Assembly: GCA_048268245.1 (NCBI GenBank)
Contig: JBLWVX010000002.1
Location: 111,683-175,682, forward strand
Source of the DNA: Arcobacteraceae bacterium
GTDB lineage: Bacteria > Campylobacterota > Campylobacteria > Campylobacterales > Arcobacteraceae
DNA length: 64,000 bases
Reading direction: 5' to 3'
A program made the position numbers and the translations under genes. Numbering within the stretch: position 1 is the stretch's first letter; every line of letters starts with the position of its first letter. The notes beneath the pieces were generated by a model. The model saw only the letters and a list, made by a program, of their open reading frames with translations. It was not told the DNA's origin and searched no databases. Shown here in pieces: positions 41,917-54,395 of the stretch.

Positions 41917-42984
41917 TTAAATATCGTTTATCTCTTTTACATAAGATCCTAAAACTTTTACAGTATCTTTATGTTTTTCTAATACATTTTTCACATGTTC
42001 ATCATCTTTATGACCATCAAAGTCAATAAAGAAAATTGAATTACCTTGTACAATATGTGATTTAATTTTTGTTAAGTTAATACCTGAATTATTAAAATCA
42101 GTTAAAAACTCAACTAATGCACCTTGTCTATCAGGGAACTCAACTAAAATTGATGTTTTATCATTTCCTGATTGAGCATTTTCAAAGTCACTTATTATAA
42201 AGAATCTTGTTTTATTGTTATCTTTATCTTCAATATTTTCAAATAAAATTGGAAGATTGTTAAGTTTCGCTCCAACATGAGGACAAATTGCTGCACTATA
42301 TGGCTCTTTAGCTGCAAGTTTTGCGGCTTTTGTTGTTGACTCAATAGGAATTTGCTCAATTTCATCTAATCCAAAGTTTGCTAAAAACTTTCTACATTGT
42401 TCAAAAGCAATATCTTTAGAATAAATTCTTTTAATATCTTGTACTTTATCACAAGTACTTGCAAAAGTATGATGAATATCAAGAACAACTTCAGCAATAA
42501 TTTTTAAGTTATACTTATTTAAACAATTAATAGTATCTGTTACTATACCATTTGAAGAGTTCTCAATAGGAACAACACCAAATTTTGCTTTTTTAGTATC
42601 TACTTCTCTGAAGATACCATTTATAGAAGCTATAGATACATATGAACTCATAGCACCAAATCTTCCTTCTGCTGCTTGATGAGTAAAGCTTCCCTCAGGT
42701 CCTAAATATGCCACATTTTCTGGAAGTTCTAAATTTCTAGAAATAGCAAATATTTCTAAGAAAAGTGCTTCAATAGCTGCTCTATTTAATTTTCCATCAT
42801 TCATAGATTCTAATCTATCAATAATCTCTTTTTCCCTTTCTGGTCTATAAATAGCTCCACCACTTTTAGCCTTTAGAAGTCCTACTTGATGTACAACTTC
42901 CATTCTTTCATTTATAAGTTTTAAAAGTTGTTCATCTATACTATCTAGCTTATTTCTTAAGTCTAATAATCCATGCTCATTCAT
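41917..42984 (-). CDS. pheA: Bifunctional chorismate mutase/prephenate dehydratase
   Basis: N-terminal AroQ domain ([14 protein letters not shown]), [19 protein letters not shown]. Confidence 0.95.
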   Translation of the reverse strand: MNEHGLLDLRNKLDSIDEQLLKLINERMEVVHQVGLLKAKSGGAIYRPEREKEIIDRLESMNDGKLNRAAIEALFLEIFAISRNLELPENVAYLGPEGSFTHQAAEGRFGAMSSYVSIASINGIFREVDTKKAKFGVVPIENSSNGIVTDTINCLNKYNLKIIAEVVLDIHHTFASTCDKVQDIKRIYSKDIAFEQCRKFLANFGLDEIEQIPIESTTKAAKLAAKEPYSAAICPHVGAKLNNLPILFENIEDKDNNKTRFFIISDFENAQSGNDKTSILVEFPDRQGALVEFLTDFNNSGINLTKIKSHIVQGNSIFFIDFDGHKDDEHVKNVLEKHKDTVKVLGSYVKEINDI

Positions 42985-43003
42985 TTGTACCCTTTTTGTT
43001 CTG

Positions 43004-44212
43004 CTACTTGATGTACTCTTCTTCTAAAGCAATTAAATCTTCAAAAGTCTCTCTTTTTCTAATTATTCTATCAACTCCATTTTCAACTGCAATTTCAGCT
43101 ACTTTTCCTCTTGTATTATAGTTTGAAGCCATTGTAAAACAATACGCTCCTGCACTATAAATAGCAACTAAATCATTATGTTGAGTTTTTGGTAAGTCGA
43201 TATTTTTAGCAAAGAAGTCACCACTTTCACAAACAGGACCAACTAAGTTACAATCACTTAACTCTTCATTATCATTTAATACTTCAATCTTATGGTATGC
43301 GTTATATAAAGATGGTCTAATTAAATCATTCATAGCTCCATCAACAATAACAAATCTTTTTTCACCATTTACTTTTTCATATAATACTTTAGTTACAAAT
43401 ACCCCAGAGTTTCCAACTAAAAATCTTCCTGGTTCACATACTATTGTAATATCTAAACCAAATAAAGCTTCTAAAATTGATTGAGCATATTCATTTGTAT
43501 CAATAAGTTTTTCATCATCATATACAATACCTAATCCTCCACCAACATCAAAGAAAGATAAATCAATTTTAATTGCTGCTAGATTTCTTACTAAATCAGC
43601 AACTAATTTAACTGACTCTTTAATTGGCTCTAGCTCTGTTAATTGCGATCCAATATGACAATGAATACCACTTGGCTCTAAAGCATCACTATTTTTACAC
43701 TGGATATACATTCTTTTTGCTGTATCAATATCTACACCAAACTTATTTTCATGTAAACCTGTTGAGATATAAGGATGTGTTTGTGGATCAATATTTGGAT
43801 TAACTCTAATAGAGATTCTAGCAACTTTCCCTAACTCTTTAGCAATTAACTCAACTCTATCAAGTTCTGCTGCACTTTCAACATTAATCATTAAAATACC
43901 AAGCTCTAAAGCCTCTTTTATCTCGCTGTCAATTTTTCCAACACCTGAAAAAATGATTTTATATGGCTGAATACCTACTTTTAATGCTCTTTTAACCTCA
44001 CCGATTGATACACAATCAGCACCAGCACCTAAATTTGCTAAGTGCTTAATAACAGATAAATTTGAATTTGCTTTAACAGCGTATGCTAAAAGAGATTTTC
44101 TAGCTTTAAAAGCTCCTTTTAATTCTTCATATTGTGCCGTAATATGATCAAAATCATATACATAATATGGCGTTTGATACTTGTTTGCTAATTCTTTAAA
44201 ATTTATATTCAT
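43004..44212 (-). CDS. lysA: Diaminopimelate decarboxylase
   Basis: YAVKAN, HIGSQ, EPGR, GPVCESGD. Confidence 0.97.
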   Translation of the reverse strand: MNINFKELANKYQTPYYVYDFDHITAQYEELKGAFKARKSLLAYAVKANSNLSVIKHLANLGAGADCVSIGEVKRALKVGIQPYKIIFSGVGKIDSEIKEALELGILMINVESAAELDRVELIAKELGKVARISIRVNPNIDPQTHPYISTGLHENKFGVDIDTAKRMYIQCKNSDALEPSGIHCHIGSQLTELEPIKESVKLVADLVRNLAAIKIDLSFFDVGGGLGIVYDDEKLIDTNEYAQSILEALFGLDITIVCEPGRFLVGNSGVFVTKVLYEKVNGEKRFVIVDGAMNDLIRPSLYNAYHKIEVLNDNEELSDCNLVGPVCESGDFFAKNIDLPKTQHNDLVAIYSAGAYCFTMASNYNTRGKVAEIAVENGVDRIIRKRETFEDLIALEEEYIK

Positions 44213-44308
44213 ACTCTTTTATTACCTATTCCTCTTTAAAATCTTAATTTAAAATTTCAATAAATTAAAAATTAAAACTTTTAAAATCTTTTATGTTTTA
44301 TATATAAA

Positions 44309-44441
44309 TAGTTAGTAAGTATGAGATTTTGATTGAAATTCAAGGCGGAAGAAAAGTTTTAGGCAGGAGCTTACTGTAGTAAGTGAGTGTCTAAAACTTT
44401 TCTGACAACATAGAAGTTCGCCAAAAGCTTATGCTTAATGA

Positions 44442-44444
<3 letters not shown>
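44309..44444. mobile_element. 136-bp ERIC-like miniature inverted-repeat element
   Basis: TA at both ends, 18/23 terminal inverted repeat, inner stem, core AAGGCGG...AGGAGCTTAC-tgta-GTAAGTGA...CAAC as in the ERIC consensus. Confidence 0.65.
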
Positions 44445-45981
<1,537 letters not shown>

Positions 45982-46027
45982 AAAATTCCTTTTGAATTGA
46001 TTTACAATTTTTCTATTTTTGTTTTTA

Positions 46028-47224
46028 CTACTCTTCTATTACAAGTGCTTTTACACCAGGAAGAACTTTCCCTTCAATTAACTCTAGTGATGCTCCACCA
46101 CCAGTTGAAATAAATGTCATTTCATCTTCATCACCAGTAACTCTAACTAAGTCAGCAGTATCTCCACCACCAACTACAGTTGTAGCATATGAAGATGCAA
46201 CTGCATGAGAAATTTTTGTACTACCTTTTGCAAACTTATCCATTTCATAAACACCCATTGGTCCATTCCATAAAATAGTATGAGCATCCTCAAGAGCTTG
46301 AGAGAATAAAAGTGCAGTTGCAGGTCCGATATCTAATCCCATCCAACCTTTTGGAATTTCTTGTGTTGTTGTTGGTTTTGCAAATGCTTCTGCATCAAAA
46401 GCTTCAGCAGCTACAACATCTACAGGTAAGTATAACTTAACACCTAATTGTTTTGCTTCTTCCATAATTTTTATTGCTTCAGGAATTAAATCTTCTTCAA
46501 CTAAAGAATTACCTACTTCATGTCCTAATGCTTTTAAGAAAGTAAATGCCATTCCACCACCAATAAGTATTTTGTCAACTTTTGGTACTAAGTTATATAA
46601 TGCTTCTAATTTTCCTGAAACTTTTGAACCACCAACAATTGAAACAAATGGTCTTTTTGGTTCATTTACAATATGATGGAAAAATTTAATCTCTTTTGCT
46701 AGTAAGAATCCTGCAGCTTTTGAATTAATATCAAAATGTTGTGCAATTCCCTCAACAGAAGCATGAGCTCTATGAGATACACCAAATGCGTCGTTTACAT
46801 AAACATCTGCCATTGAAGCTAATTTTGCACTTAAGTCTTTATCGTTTTTAGTTTCACCAGCTTCAAATCTCATATTTTCTAATAATAGAATTTCACCAGC
46901 TTTTAAAAATTTTGCCATAGAAACTGTTTCATCACATACAATTCCTGGAGCCATTTTAATCTCTTGTTTTAATAAAGTATGTAATCTTTTTGCAATTGGT
47001 TTTAAAGAGAACTTTTCTTCAAAACCATTTTTTGGTCTACCAAAATGTGATGCTAAAATAATAGAACAATCATTGTCAATACAATATCTAATTGTATTTA
47101 AAGCACTTCTAATTCTTCTATCATCAGTAATATTATTGTACTCATCCATAGGTACATTAAAATCACATCTAATAAAAACTCTTTTATTAGCTACATCAAT
47201 ATTTTTAATTTCCTGTAATTTCAT
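46028..47224 (-). CDS. pgk: Phosphoglycerate kinase
   Basis: [25 protein letters not shown]. Confidence 0.98.
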   Translation of the reverse strand: MKLQEIKNIDVANKRVFIRCDFNVPMDEYNNITDDRRIRSALNTIRYCIDNDCSIILASHFGRPKNGFEEKFSLKPIAKRLHTLLKQEIKMAPGIVCDETVSMAKFLKAGEILLLENMRFEAGETKNDKDLSAKLASMADVYVNDAFGVSHRAHASVEGIAQHFDINSKAAGFLLAKEIKFFHHIVNEPKRPFVSIVGGSKVSGKLEALYNLVPKVDKILIGGGMAFTFLKALGHEVGNSLVEEDLIPEAIKIMEEAKQLGVKLYLPVDVVAAEAFDAEAFAKPTTTQEIPKGWMGLDIGPATALLFSQALEDAHTILWNGPMGVYEMDKFAKGSTKISHAVASSYATTVVGGGDTADLVRVTGDEDEMTFISTGGGASLELIEGKVLPGVKALVIEE

Positions 47225-47240
47225 CGTCTTCCTTAATCTA

Positions 47241-48233
47241 CTAGTTAGTTGCTACGTGAACACCCATATCTACAAGTCTAGTAGAGTATCCCCATTCATT
47301 GTCATACCAAGATAATACTTTTACCATGTTTCCTTCAATCACTTGAATTGTATCTAAAGGAACTACTGTTGATAATTGTTCTCCATTGAAATCAGAACTT
47401 ACTCTATACTCTTCATCTACACCTAAGATTCCTTTTAAAGAACCATTTGCAGCATCTTTAAATGCAGCTTGAACTTCTTCTAAAGTTACTTCTTTTTTAA
47501 GTGTTACTGTTAAATCAACTAATGAAACATTTGGAGTTGGTACTCTAATTGCTTGACCATTTAATTTTCCATTTAAGTGAGGCATTACTTTTCCAATTGC
47601 TTTTGCAGCACCTGTACTTGCTGGTGTTAAGTTAGTAGCCCCTGCTCTTCCTTTTCTTGGATCTTTTTTATCTTTTGCATCTAAGATAGGTTGAGATGAA
47701 GTATAAGAGTGAATAGTTGTCATTAAACCTTTTTCAATTCCATAAACATCATCTAATACTTTTGCAACTGGTGCTAAACCATTTGTAGTACAAGAAGCAT
47801 TTGAAACAATAGCTTGCCCTGCATAAGTGTCCTCATTTGCTCCCATAACAAATGTAGGTGTATCATCTTTTGCTGGTGCAGACATTACAACTTTTTTAAC
47901 TCCTGCATCAATATATGCTTGACACTTCTCTTGTGTTAAGAATGCTCCCGTACACTCTAAAACAACATCAGCACCATATTCTGCAAAGTTTAACTTAGCA
48001 GGATCTCTCTCAGCTAATAATTTTGCTTTATCATTTCCAATACATACATAACCATCTTTAACTACAACATCAGCATTCCCATGTACAGTGTCATATTTTA
48101 AGTTGTATTGAATCATTTCTTCACTACCACTTGCATTAACAGCTACTAATTCAACATCATCTCTACTTGCTACGATCTTAGCAACACATCTTCCAATTCT
48201 ACCTAATCCGTTAATTGCAACTTTAACAGCCAT
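47241..48233 (-). CDS. gap: Glyceraldehyde-3-phosphate dehydrogenase
   Basis: [23 protein letters not shown]. Confidence 0.98.
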   Translation of the reverse strand: MAVKVAINGLGRIGRCVAKIVASRDDVELVAVNASGSEEMIQYNLKYDTVHGNADVVVKDGYVCIGNDKAKLLAERDPAKLNFAEYGADVVLECTGAFLTQEKCQAYIDAGVKKVVMSAPAKDDTPTFVMGANEDTYAGQAIVSNASCTTNGLAPVAKVLDDVYGIEKGLMTTIHSYTSSQPILDAKDKKDPRKGRAGATNLTPASTGAAKAIGKVMPHLNGKLNGQAIRVPTPNVSLVDLTVTLKKEVTLEEVQAAFKDAANGSLKGILGVDEEYRVSSDFNGEQLSTVVPLDTIQVIEGNMVKVLSWYDNEWGYSTRLVDMGVHVATN

Positions 48234-48322
48234 ATTTTCCCTTTATTTAAATCTTAATGGTAGATATTTTATCCAAAAATTGCTATAATATTATTTAAGT
48301 AAATTACAAAGGTTTTAAATAG

Positions 48323-48871
48323 GTGCAACTAGCAATATTTGGAGGCAGTTTTGATCCTGTTCATATAGCACATGTAAAGATTGTTGAACAAGCATTAAAA
48401 AGTCTTGAAATAGACAAGATTGTAGTAGTTCCTACATTTTTAAATCCTTTTAAAACTGACTATCATTTAGAGCCTAATACAAGATATGAGTTACTAAAAA
48501 AAATATTTCAAAAAAACAAAAAAGTTGAAGTTTGTGACTTTGAAATAAAACAAAATAAAGCAGTTCCTTCAATAAAAACTGTTAATTATTTAAAAAACTT
48601 ATATGAACCATCAAAAATCTATCTCATAATTGGTGCTGATAATCTAAAGAGTTTAGAGAAGTGGTACAAGTTTGATGAATTAAATTCATTGGTAGAGTTT
48701 GTAGTTGCTACAAGAGATGGCTACTTAGACGATAAAATAGATAGTTATAAAGTTTTGAATATTGATATTAACATTAGTTCTTCAAAACTTAGGGAAGAAT
48801 TTGACTTAAATTTTATTCCCTATCAGATAAAAGATGATATTATACATCATATAAAACATGAAAAAAGGTAA
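48323..48871 (+). CDS. nadD: Nicotinate-nucleotide adenylyltransferase
   Basis: GGSFDPVHIAH, IIGADN, ISSS. Confidence 0.94.
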   Translation: MQLAIFGGSFDPVHIAHVKIVEQALKSLEIDKIVVVPTFLNPFKTDYHLEPNTRYELLKKIFQKNKKVEVCDFEIKQNKAVPSIKTVNYLKNLYEPSKIYLIIGADNLKSLEKWYKFDELNSLVEFVVATRDGYLDDKIDSYKVLNIDINISSSKLREEFDLNFIPYQIKDDIIHHIKHEKR

Positions 48872-48874
48872 ACT

Positions 48875-49198
48875 TTGAACGAAAGAATTGAAAAGATAAA
48901 AGAAGTACTTGATGACAAAAAAGCTGAAAGTATAGAAGTTGTTGATTTAACAAATAAAGACTACATAGTTGATTACGTTGTAATTGCAACTACACTAAAC
49001 CCTAAACATGGTTTTGCATTATTAAACTACTTGAAAACTGAACTTAAACCATTAGGTGAAGAGTTTGTTAGAGTAGATGAAAATGATGACTGGACAATTA
49101 TAGATTTAGGAGACATGTTTATTAATTTAATGAATGAACAAGCAAGAGAAAAATACTCTCTAGAAGAGTTCTTAAACGAGTTAGACGAAAAGAGATAA
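48875..49198 (+). CDS. rsfS: Ribosome silencing factor
   Basis: DDKKAE, DYVVIAT, WTIIDLGD, REKYSLE; follows nadD. Confidence 0.92.
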   Translation: MNERIEKIKEVLDDKKAESIEVVDLTNKDYIVDYVVIATTLNPKHGFALLNYLKTELKPLGEEFVRVDENDDWTIIDLGDMFINLMNEQAREKYSLEEFLNELDEKR

Positions 49199-49202
49199 AA
49201 AA

Positions 49203-49223
49203 AGGAGAGTTTACTACTCTCCT
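49203..49223. terminator. Hairpin between convergent genes
   Basis: AGGAGAGT/ACTCTCCT with flanking A run. Confidence 0.55.
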
Positions 49224-49333
49224 CCTCTCATAATTTTACTGTAATTAGATGTAGCATCTTTTGCTCCACCCATATATCCTGTAGCTATTGCAATACCAAT
49301 AACTAAAGCAAATATTACTAAAAACCATTTCAT
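49214..49333 (-). CDS. 39-aa small membrane/exported protein (not in ORF track)
   Basis: MKWFLVIFALVIGIAIATGYMGGAKDATSNYSKIMRGGE; TAATG overlap with argS stop, AAGGAG upstream. Confidence 0.7.
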   Translation of the reverse strand: MKWFLVIFALVIGIAIATGYMGGAKDATSNYSKIMRGGE

Positions 49334-50922
49334 TACATAATCTCCTTAGCTTTGATTCCTAATAAAGATAATCCAACTTTTATACTTAACGCAGCCATTG
49401 ATAACACTTTTAAATGAGTATTTTGATCTGCAGAACCAACTACTTTATTGTCATTGTAGAATCTATGTACAGATGAAGCTAAAGAGTATAAATAATCTGT
49501 AACTTTTTGCATATCTCTTTTTGTAAATGCCTCTTCTAATACTGTTCCTAATAATAACGATTCATAAATTAAATTTAATCCATCTTGATTTAAATTATCA
49601 AATTTCTCATTTTGTACATCAGCTATATCAAGTTCTGCTTTTTTAAATACTTGATTTATTCTAGCATGTGCATAATTAATATAGAAAATAGGATTAGTTG
49701 AATCTTGATTTTTTAATGTATCAATATCAAAATCCAAATGAGTATCACTTTTTTTAGTTAAGAAAATAAATCTTAGAGCATCAGGTCCAATTTCAGCTGT
49801 AATATCAGACATTAAAATCACATTACCTGCTCTTTTAGACATTTTATAAGGTTCACCACCTTTTAATAATTGAACCATTTGAGAAAGTAATACTTCTAAT
49901 TTACTAGAATCATTTCCTAGAAATTCAATTGCTGCATTTACTCTTTTTATATATCCATGGTGATCTGCACCCCAAATATTGATATATCTATCATATGGTC
50001 TATCATACTTATTTTTATGATAAATAATATCTCCAGCTAAATAAGTAGGAATTCCATTGTCTCTTACAACAACTCTATCATTATCATCACCATATTGTGT
50101 TGATTTTAGATATGTTTTTCCATCTTTGTCATATAAAGATCCATTATTTTCTAAAACTTCTTTAGTTTTATCCCAAGATGAATATAGAGATTTCTCAGAT
50201 ACAAAATTATTAAATTCAACACCTAAATCTTTTAAATCTTTTACAATGATATCCATTACTAAATCTTTTGCAAAAAATGCAATATCTTTGTATTTAGACT
50301 CATCATAAATAACATCTTTCCCAAATTTCTCAATTACAACTTTAGCAATATCAATTAAGTAATCACCTCTGTAATAAGTTTCAGGATAAGTTACATCTTC
50401 TTCAAAAATAAAATCTCTTGCAGCTAAAGCAACAGATAAACCTAAAAGGTCCATTTGTGCACCAGCATCATTGATGTAGTACTCAGTAGTTATATCATAT
50501 CCTAGATAATCACCTACTCTATATAAAGTGTCTCCAAATACTGCACCTCTAGCATGACCAATATGTAAAGGACCTGTTGGATTTGCTGAAACATATTCTA
50601 ATAGAATTTTTTCAGTTTTATCATTTGTTTTTGCAAAATCAATTTGCTTATTAAGGGCATCATCAACTAATGACTCTAAGAAAGAAGTTGATAACTTAAA
50701 GTTAATAAAACCTTTTACAGCTTCAACTTTTTCAAACATTGAACAACCATCAAATTTACTTGCTAACTCTTGAGCAATTATCATTGGTGATTTTCTAAAC
50801 TCTTTAGCTAGAGAAAAAGCAACTGGAGTAGCATAATGACCTAGAGTAATATCTTTGGGTTTTTCTAATACTACTTCTTTATCTAAAGTTTTTTCAATAA
50901 ATTCTTTTACTAAATTCTGCAA
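49333..50922 (-). CDS. argS: Arginine-tRNA ligase
   Basis: SANPTGPLHIGH, WGADHHGY, MSKRAG. Confidence 0.97.
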   Translation of the reverse strand: MQNLVKEFIEKTLDKEVVLEKPKDITLGHYATPVAFSLAKEFRKSPMIIAQELASKFDGCSMFEKVEAVKGFINFKLSTSFLESLVDDALNKQIDFAKTNDKTEKILLEYVSANPTGPLHIGHARGAVFGDTLYRVGDYLGYDITTEYYINDAGAQMDLLGLSVALAARDFIFEEDVTYPETYYRGDYLIDIAKVVIEKFGKDVIYDESKYKDIAFFAKDLVMDIIVKDLKDLGVEFNNFVSEKSLYSSWDKTKEVLENNGSLYDKDGKTYLKSTQYGDDNDRVVVRDNGIPTYLAGDIIYHKNKYDRPYDRYINIWGADHHGYIKRVNAAIEFLGNDSSKLEVLLSQMVQLLKGGEPYKMSKRAGNVILMSDITAEIGPDALRFIFLTKKSDTHLDFDIDTLKNQDSTNPIFYINYAHARINQVFKKAELDIADVQNEKFDNLNQDGLNLIYESLLLGTVLEEAFTKRDMQKVTDYLYSLASSVHRFYNDNKVVGSADQNTHLKVLSMAALSIKVGLSLLGIKAKEIM

Positions 50923-50931
50923 TTTCTTCTC

Positions 50932-51162
50932 TTATACCGTTTTTGATTCGTTTTTATCTTCTGACTTAGCTTCAGCTTTTTTCTCTAATTCATCTGCTTT
51001 TTTTGTATCAACAACTTGCTCTTCGTCATCTTTTACAGCATTCTTAAAGTTTTTGATTCCTGAACCTAAACCTTTTGCAAGTTCTGGTATTTTTTTACCA
51101 CCAAATAATAGTAAAACTACTAAAGCTATTAAAATCCATTCCATACCACCTGGCATACCCAT
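50932..51162 (-). CDS. tatA: Twin-arginine translocase subunit TatA/E
   Basis: [20 protein letters not shown]. Confidence 0.95.
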   Translation of the reverse strand: MGMPGGMEWILIALVVLLLFGGKKIPELAKGLGSGIKNFKNAVKDDEEQVVDTKKADELEKKAEAKSEDKNESKTV

Positions 51163-51252
51163 GAGAAATCCTTATAATTAATTTTTAATTTTTATCAAAT
51201 ATTATATCTTCTTAATCCTTAAAAAAAATGATTTAGAAGAAAAGTAGAATCT

Positions 51253-51639
51253 TTACTTTAGAAAGAAATTTAAAAGTTTATATCCACTTCCAGCAGCCAA
51301 TACAGTCCCTAAAAGATTTAAAAACATATTTGAAATAGCTAAAAATATAGAAGTATTGAAAAGTAAATAAGACTCTATTGCAAAAGTAGAGTAAGTTGTA
51401 AGTGCCCCTAAAAAGCCGGTAGTTAAAAAAGCTTTTAGACTATCGTTAACAGTAAAGTGAGTGAAGTATGCAAATAAAAGACCTATTAAAAAAGAACCTA
51501 TTATATTTACTAAAAGTACTCCCACAGGAAATTCTAAGGGAATATACTTATTACTTAAGTGCACACTATAAGCTCTAGCAATTGCTCCAAGAAATCCTCC
51601 TGTACCAATTGCTAAAATAGTTTGCCAACTAAGAGACAT
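51253..51639 (-). CDS. crcB: Fluoride channel Fluc
   Basis: GGFLGAIAR, GFLGALTTYSTF. Confidence 0.94.
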   Translation of the reverse strand: MSLSWQTILAIGTGGFLGAIARAYSVHLSNKYIPLEFPVGVLLVNIIGSFLIGLLFAYFTHFTVNDSLKAFLTTGFLGALTTYSTFAIESYLLFNTSIFLAISNMFLNLLGTVLAAGSGYKLLNFFLK

Positions 51640-52315
51640 CTTTTTTTAGCTCTTCTTGGAAAACTCTATTCATATTCTCTTCAGTTTTTTCAAACCAATC
51701 AGTTTTTTTATCAGCTTGAATAGGTTCTAAATAAACTACTTTTACAATACCTGGCTTAGCTTCAAGTTTTTTTGAATCTAATATATCTCTTGTGTTAAAT
51801 AAAAGTACAGGTTGAACTTTTAATCCATGTTTATTTGCAACCATTTTTGCACCTGGTTTAAAAGAAAGTAACTCTTTACCATTTGATCTTGTTCCTTCAG
51901 GAAACATAGCAATTGGTCTTCCTTTACTTAATCTATCTTTTGTTTCTTTTAAAAGATGGATTATTCCTGATTTATTCTCTCTATCGATACTTATCATTCT
52001 TGGAGCTTTAATAATATGTCCAAAAAAGAAAAGATCAGAAATCTCTTTTTTAGCAACCCATGCTAAATCTCTTGAATGAATATATTCCATAACAATAATA
52101 TCAAGTAAAGATTGATGATTTAACATTACCATATCGCAAGACTCATCAAGTTTACCATGTTCTTCAAGTTTTATTCCTAAAAACCACATTTGAAGTTTCA
52201 TCCAAATTTTGATTACTTTGTGTGTATGATTTCTGAACATATACATTGCTAGAACTGTAATTGCTACAGTAATCGAAAATTGAATTACAATTATTATTCC
52301 TCTAATTTTCTTCAA
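51629..52315 (-). CDS. plsC: 1-acyl-sn-glycerol-3-phosphate acyltransferase
   Basis: NHQSLLD, FPEGTRS. Confidence 0.92.
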   Translation of the reverse strand: MKKIRGIIIVIQFSITVAITVLAMYMFRNHTHKVIKIWMKLQMWFLGIKLEEHGKLDESCDMVMLNHQSLLDIIVMEYIHSRDLAWVAKKEISDLFFFGHIIKAPRMISIDRENKSGIIHLLKETKDRLSKGRPIAMFPEGTRSNGKELLSFKPGAKMVANKHGLKVQPVLLFNTRDILDSKKLEAKPGIVKVVYLEPIQADKKTDWFEKTEENMNRVFQEELKKDVS

Positions 52316-53369
52316 AATTCTCTTCCTTTACCCAACCAATAAATTTTTTATCTATTCCCATGATTTTTATAAAATCACTTTTTTCATTTAAAACTTCTAC
52401 CTTTTGTTTTTCATTAAGTTTAAAGAAAATCGTAGAGTTTTTAGTAGGTAATATATAAATAAAAGTATCTTTTTTTACAATACCTTTTTTATTTGGCATT
52501 AAATAAATTGAAGTAATTATGAATAAAATAATTGTGATAAATAAAAATATCTTTTTTCTTTTTAGAATATACACTATTAAAAAAATTACAAATAAAGTAG
52601 CAACTGCCATTTTTTTATACTTCTCAAAACTTGAATCATTTGGATTTAAATCTGTTTGAGTACTTACTAATTCATTTTGTAAAATAAGAGGAACAGTTAC
52701 AGTTTCTAAACTTTTTGTAGTTGTATTATAATAATTGAAAACTACTTTCTTTTTATGAACTGGCATTACAAAATAGTATATAAGGTTCTGTTCTGGATAG
52801 TTATCTGTTAATTTAGATACTCCTTGCTCTTCAATACCTTGTAAAGTAAAGTTTTCTAAGTTAGATCCAATTGCATCAATATCTATAATTGTTAAAGATT
52901 CTTTATTATTATACTGTTTTGTTTTATATGCTTTTAGTTTTAAGTCTTTAGCAATAATATTTGTGAATCTCTTATCACCTTTAGCAATATCAGAATAACT
53001 AATATCAATAGCACCTAAAACACTTCTATCTATTAAGCTTCCATTTTTCTTCAATTGTACATCAAAACTTGGTATTTTAAAGTTTGCATTTGAAGCCTTA
53101 AAATGAAAAGAATTTTCATATACATTTGAGCTTATTTTTTTCCATTGACTTGATGGATTTAAAGGCTTTATATTTCCCCCATCAAAAGTTGTATTTATTT
53201 CGTCAAAATATTTAGTTGTAATAAGTGCTTTAACAACAATTTCAAATCTTTGATCTTTGTAAACATTTTTAGGAACACTTTTATAAGATAAGTACAGGTT
53301 TTTTGCAGCGAATAAGTTAAGACAAAATAGTAAGTTTGTTAATATAAGTGTAGTTATTATTTTTTTCAT
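52302..53369 (-). CDS. Exported protein with C-terminal TM and SH3-like domain
   Basis: Signal peptide; C-terminal ILPTKNS...GWV SH3b-like pattern. Confidence 0.6.
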   Translation of the reverse strand: MKKIITTLILTNLLFCLNLFAAKNLYLSYKSVPKNVYKDQRFEIVVKALITTKYFDEINTTFDGGNIKPLNPSSQWKKISSNVYENSFHFKASNANFKIPSFDVQLKKNGSLIDRSVLGAIDISYSDIAKGDKRFTNIIAKDLKLKAYKTKQYNNKESLTIIDIDAIGSNLENFTLQGIEEQGVSKLTDNYPEQNLIYYFVMPVHKKKVVFNYYNTTTKSLETVTVPLILQNELVSTQTDLNPNDSSFEKYKKMAVATLFVIFLIVYILKRKKIFLFITIILFIITSIYLMPNKKGIVKKDTFIYILPTKNSTIFFKLNEKQKVEVLNEKSDFIKIMGIDKKFIGWVKEENFEEN

Positions 53370-53384
53370 AATTACTTTTATATT

Positions 53385-53410
53385 AAGAAGATAGATCTCT
53401 CTATCTTCTT
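53385..53410 (-). terminator. Hairpin after purQ
   Basis: AAGAAGATAG/CTATCTTCTT. Confidence 0.55.
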
Positions 53411-54080
53411 ATTGTAAAAACCCTTTTAACATTTTTACTCCGTCATCACAACCAAGTAAATCTTCCATAGCTCTTTCAGGGTGAGGCATTAATCCAAATA
53501 CATTTTTTGATTCATTACAAACACCTGCAATATTAGCAACTGAACCATTAATATTCATATCATTACCATTTTCATCACAATATTTTAAAAGAATTTGTCC
53601 ATTTTCTTCTAATTTTGCTAAACCTTTTGGATCAATAAAGTAATTTCCATCGTGATGTGCTACAGGAATATTTACTACTTCATCTTTTTTCATTAAAGAT
53701 AAAAAGTTATTATCATTATTAACAACTCTTAAATGGTTGAATTTAGAAATAAAATGTAAAGAATCATTTCTTTTCATAGCACCTGGTAATAATCCAGCTT
53801 CTAATAAAATTTGAAAACCATTACAAATTCCTAAAATTTTACCACCTTTAGCAGCATAATCTTGAACAGAATCCATAATATTTGCAAATCTAGCAATAGC
53901 ACCTGATCTTAAATAATCCCCATAAGAAAATCCACCAGGAATAACTAAAAGGTCAGTATCTTCTGGGATTTTTTTATCTTTATGCCAAACAATCTCAACT
54001 TGCGCACCTAATTTCTCAAAAGCGTATTGAGTATCATATTCACAGTTTGTTCCTGGAAATTGTAATACTGATATTTTCAT
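53409..54080 (-). CDS. purQ: FGAM synthase glutaminase subunit
   Basis: FPGTNC, PGGFSYGDYLR, GICNGFQ, MPHPER. Confidence 0.97.
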   Translation of the reverse strand: MKISVLQFPGTNCEYDTQYAFEKLGAQVEIVWHKDKKIPEDTDLLVIPGGFSYGDYLRSGAIARFANIMDSVQDYAAKGGKILGICNGFQILLEAGLLPGAMKRNDSLHFISKFNHLRVVNNDNNFLSLMKKDEVVNIPVAHHDGNYFIDPKGLAKLEENGQILLKYCDENGNDMNINGSVANIAGVCNESKNVFGLMPHPERAMEDLLGCDDGVKMLKGFLQ

Positions 54081-54081
54081 A

Positions 54082-54327
54082 TTAACCTACTAATTCTATT
54101 TGGTAATCTTCAATAACAGTGTTAGCAAGAAGCTTTTCACACATTTTTACTACTTCTTCTTTTGCTTCATCTTCATTAGTAGAGTTTAATTCAATAATGA
54201 TTTGTTTACCAATTCTTACATCTTTTACTACTTCTTTAAATCCTAAAGTATCTAATGCGTGATGAGTTGCTTTACCTTGATCGTCTAATACACCTTGCTT
54301 TAATGCTACATTTACAATTGCTTTCAT
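54082..54327 (-). CDS. purS: FGAM synthase subunit PurS
   Basis: VLDDQGKA, VRIGK, LLANTVIEDY. Confidence 0.96.
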   Translation of the reverse strand: MKAIVNVALKQGVLDDQGKATHHALDTLGFKEVVKDVRIGKQIIIELNSTNEDEAKEEVVKMCEKLLANTVIEDYQIELVG

Positions 54328-54395
54328 ATATTCCCTTCTCTTTAATATTTTTGCGATTATATCTAAATTTCTCTCTTTATATTCTTTAGAGAGTT

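Noticed and set aside
44213..44441. Lysine riboswitch upstream of lysA
   Set aside because: No recognisable L-box consensus on the minus strand; the structure is better explained as an ERIC-like element
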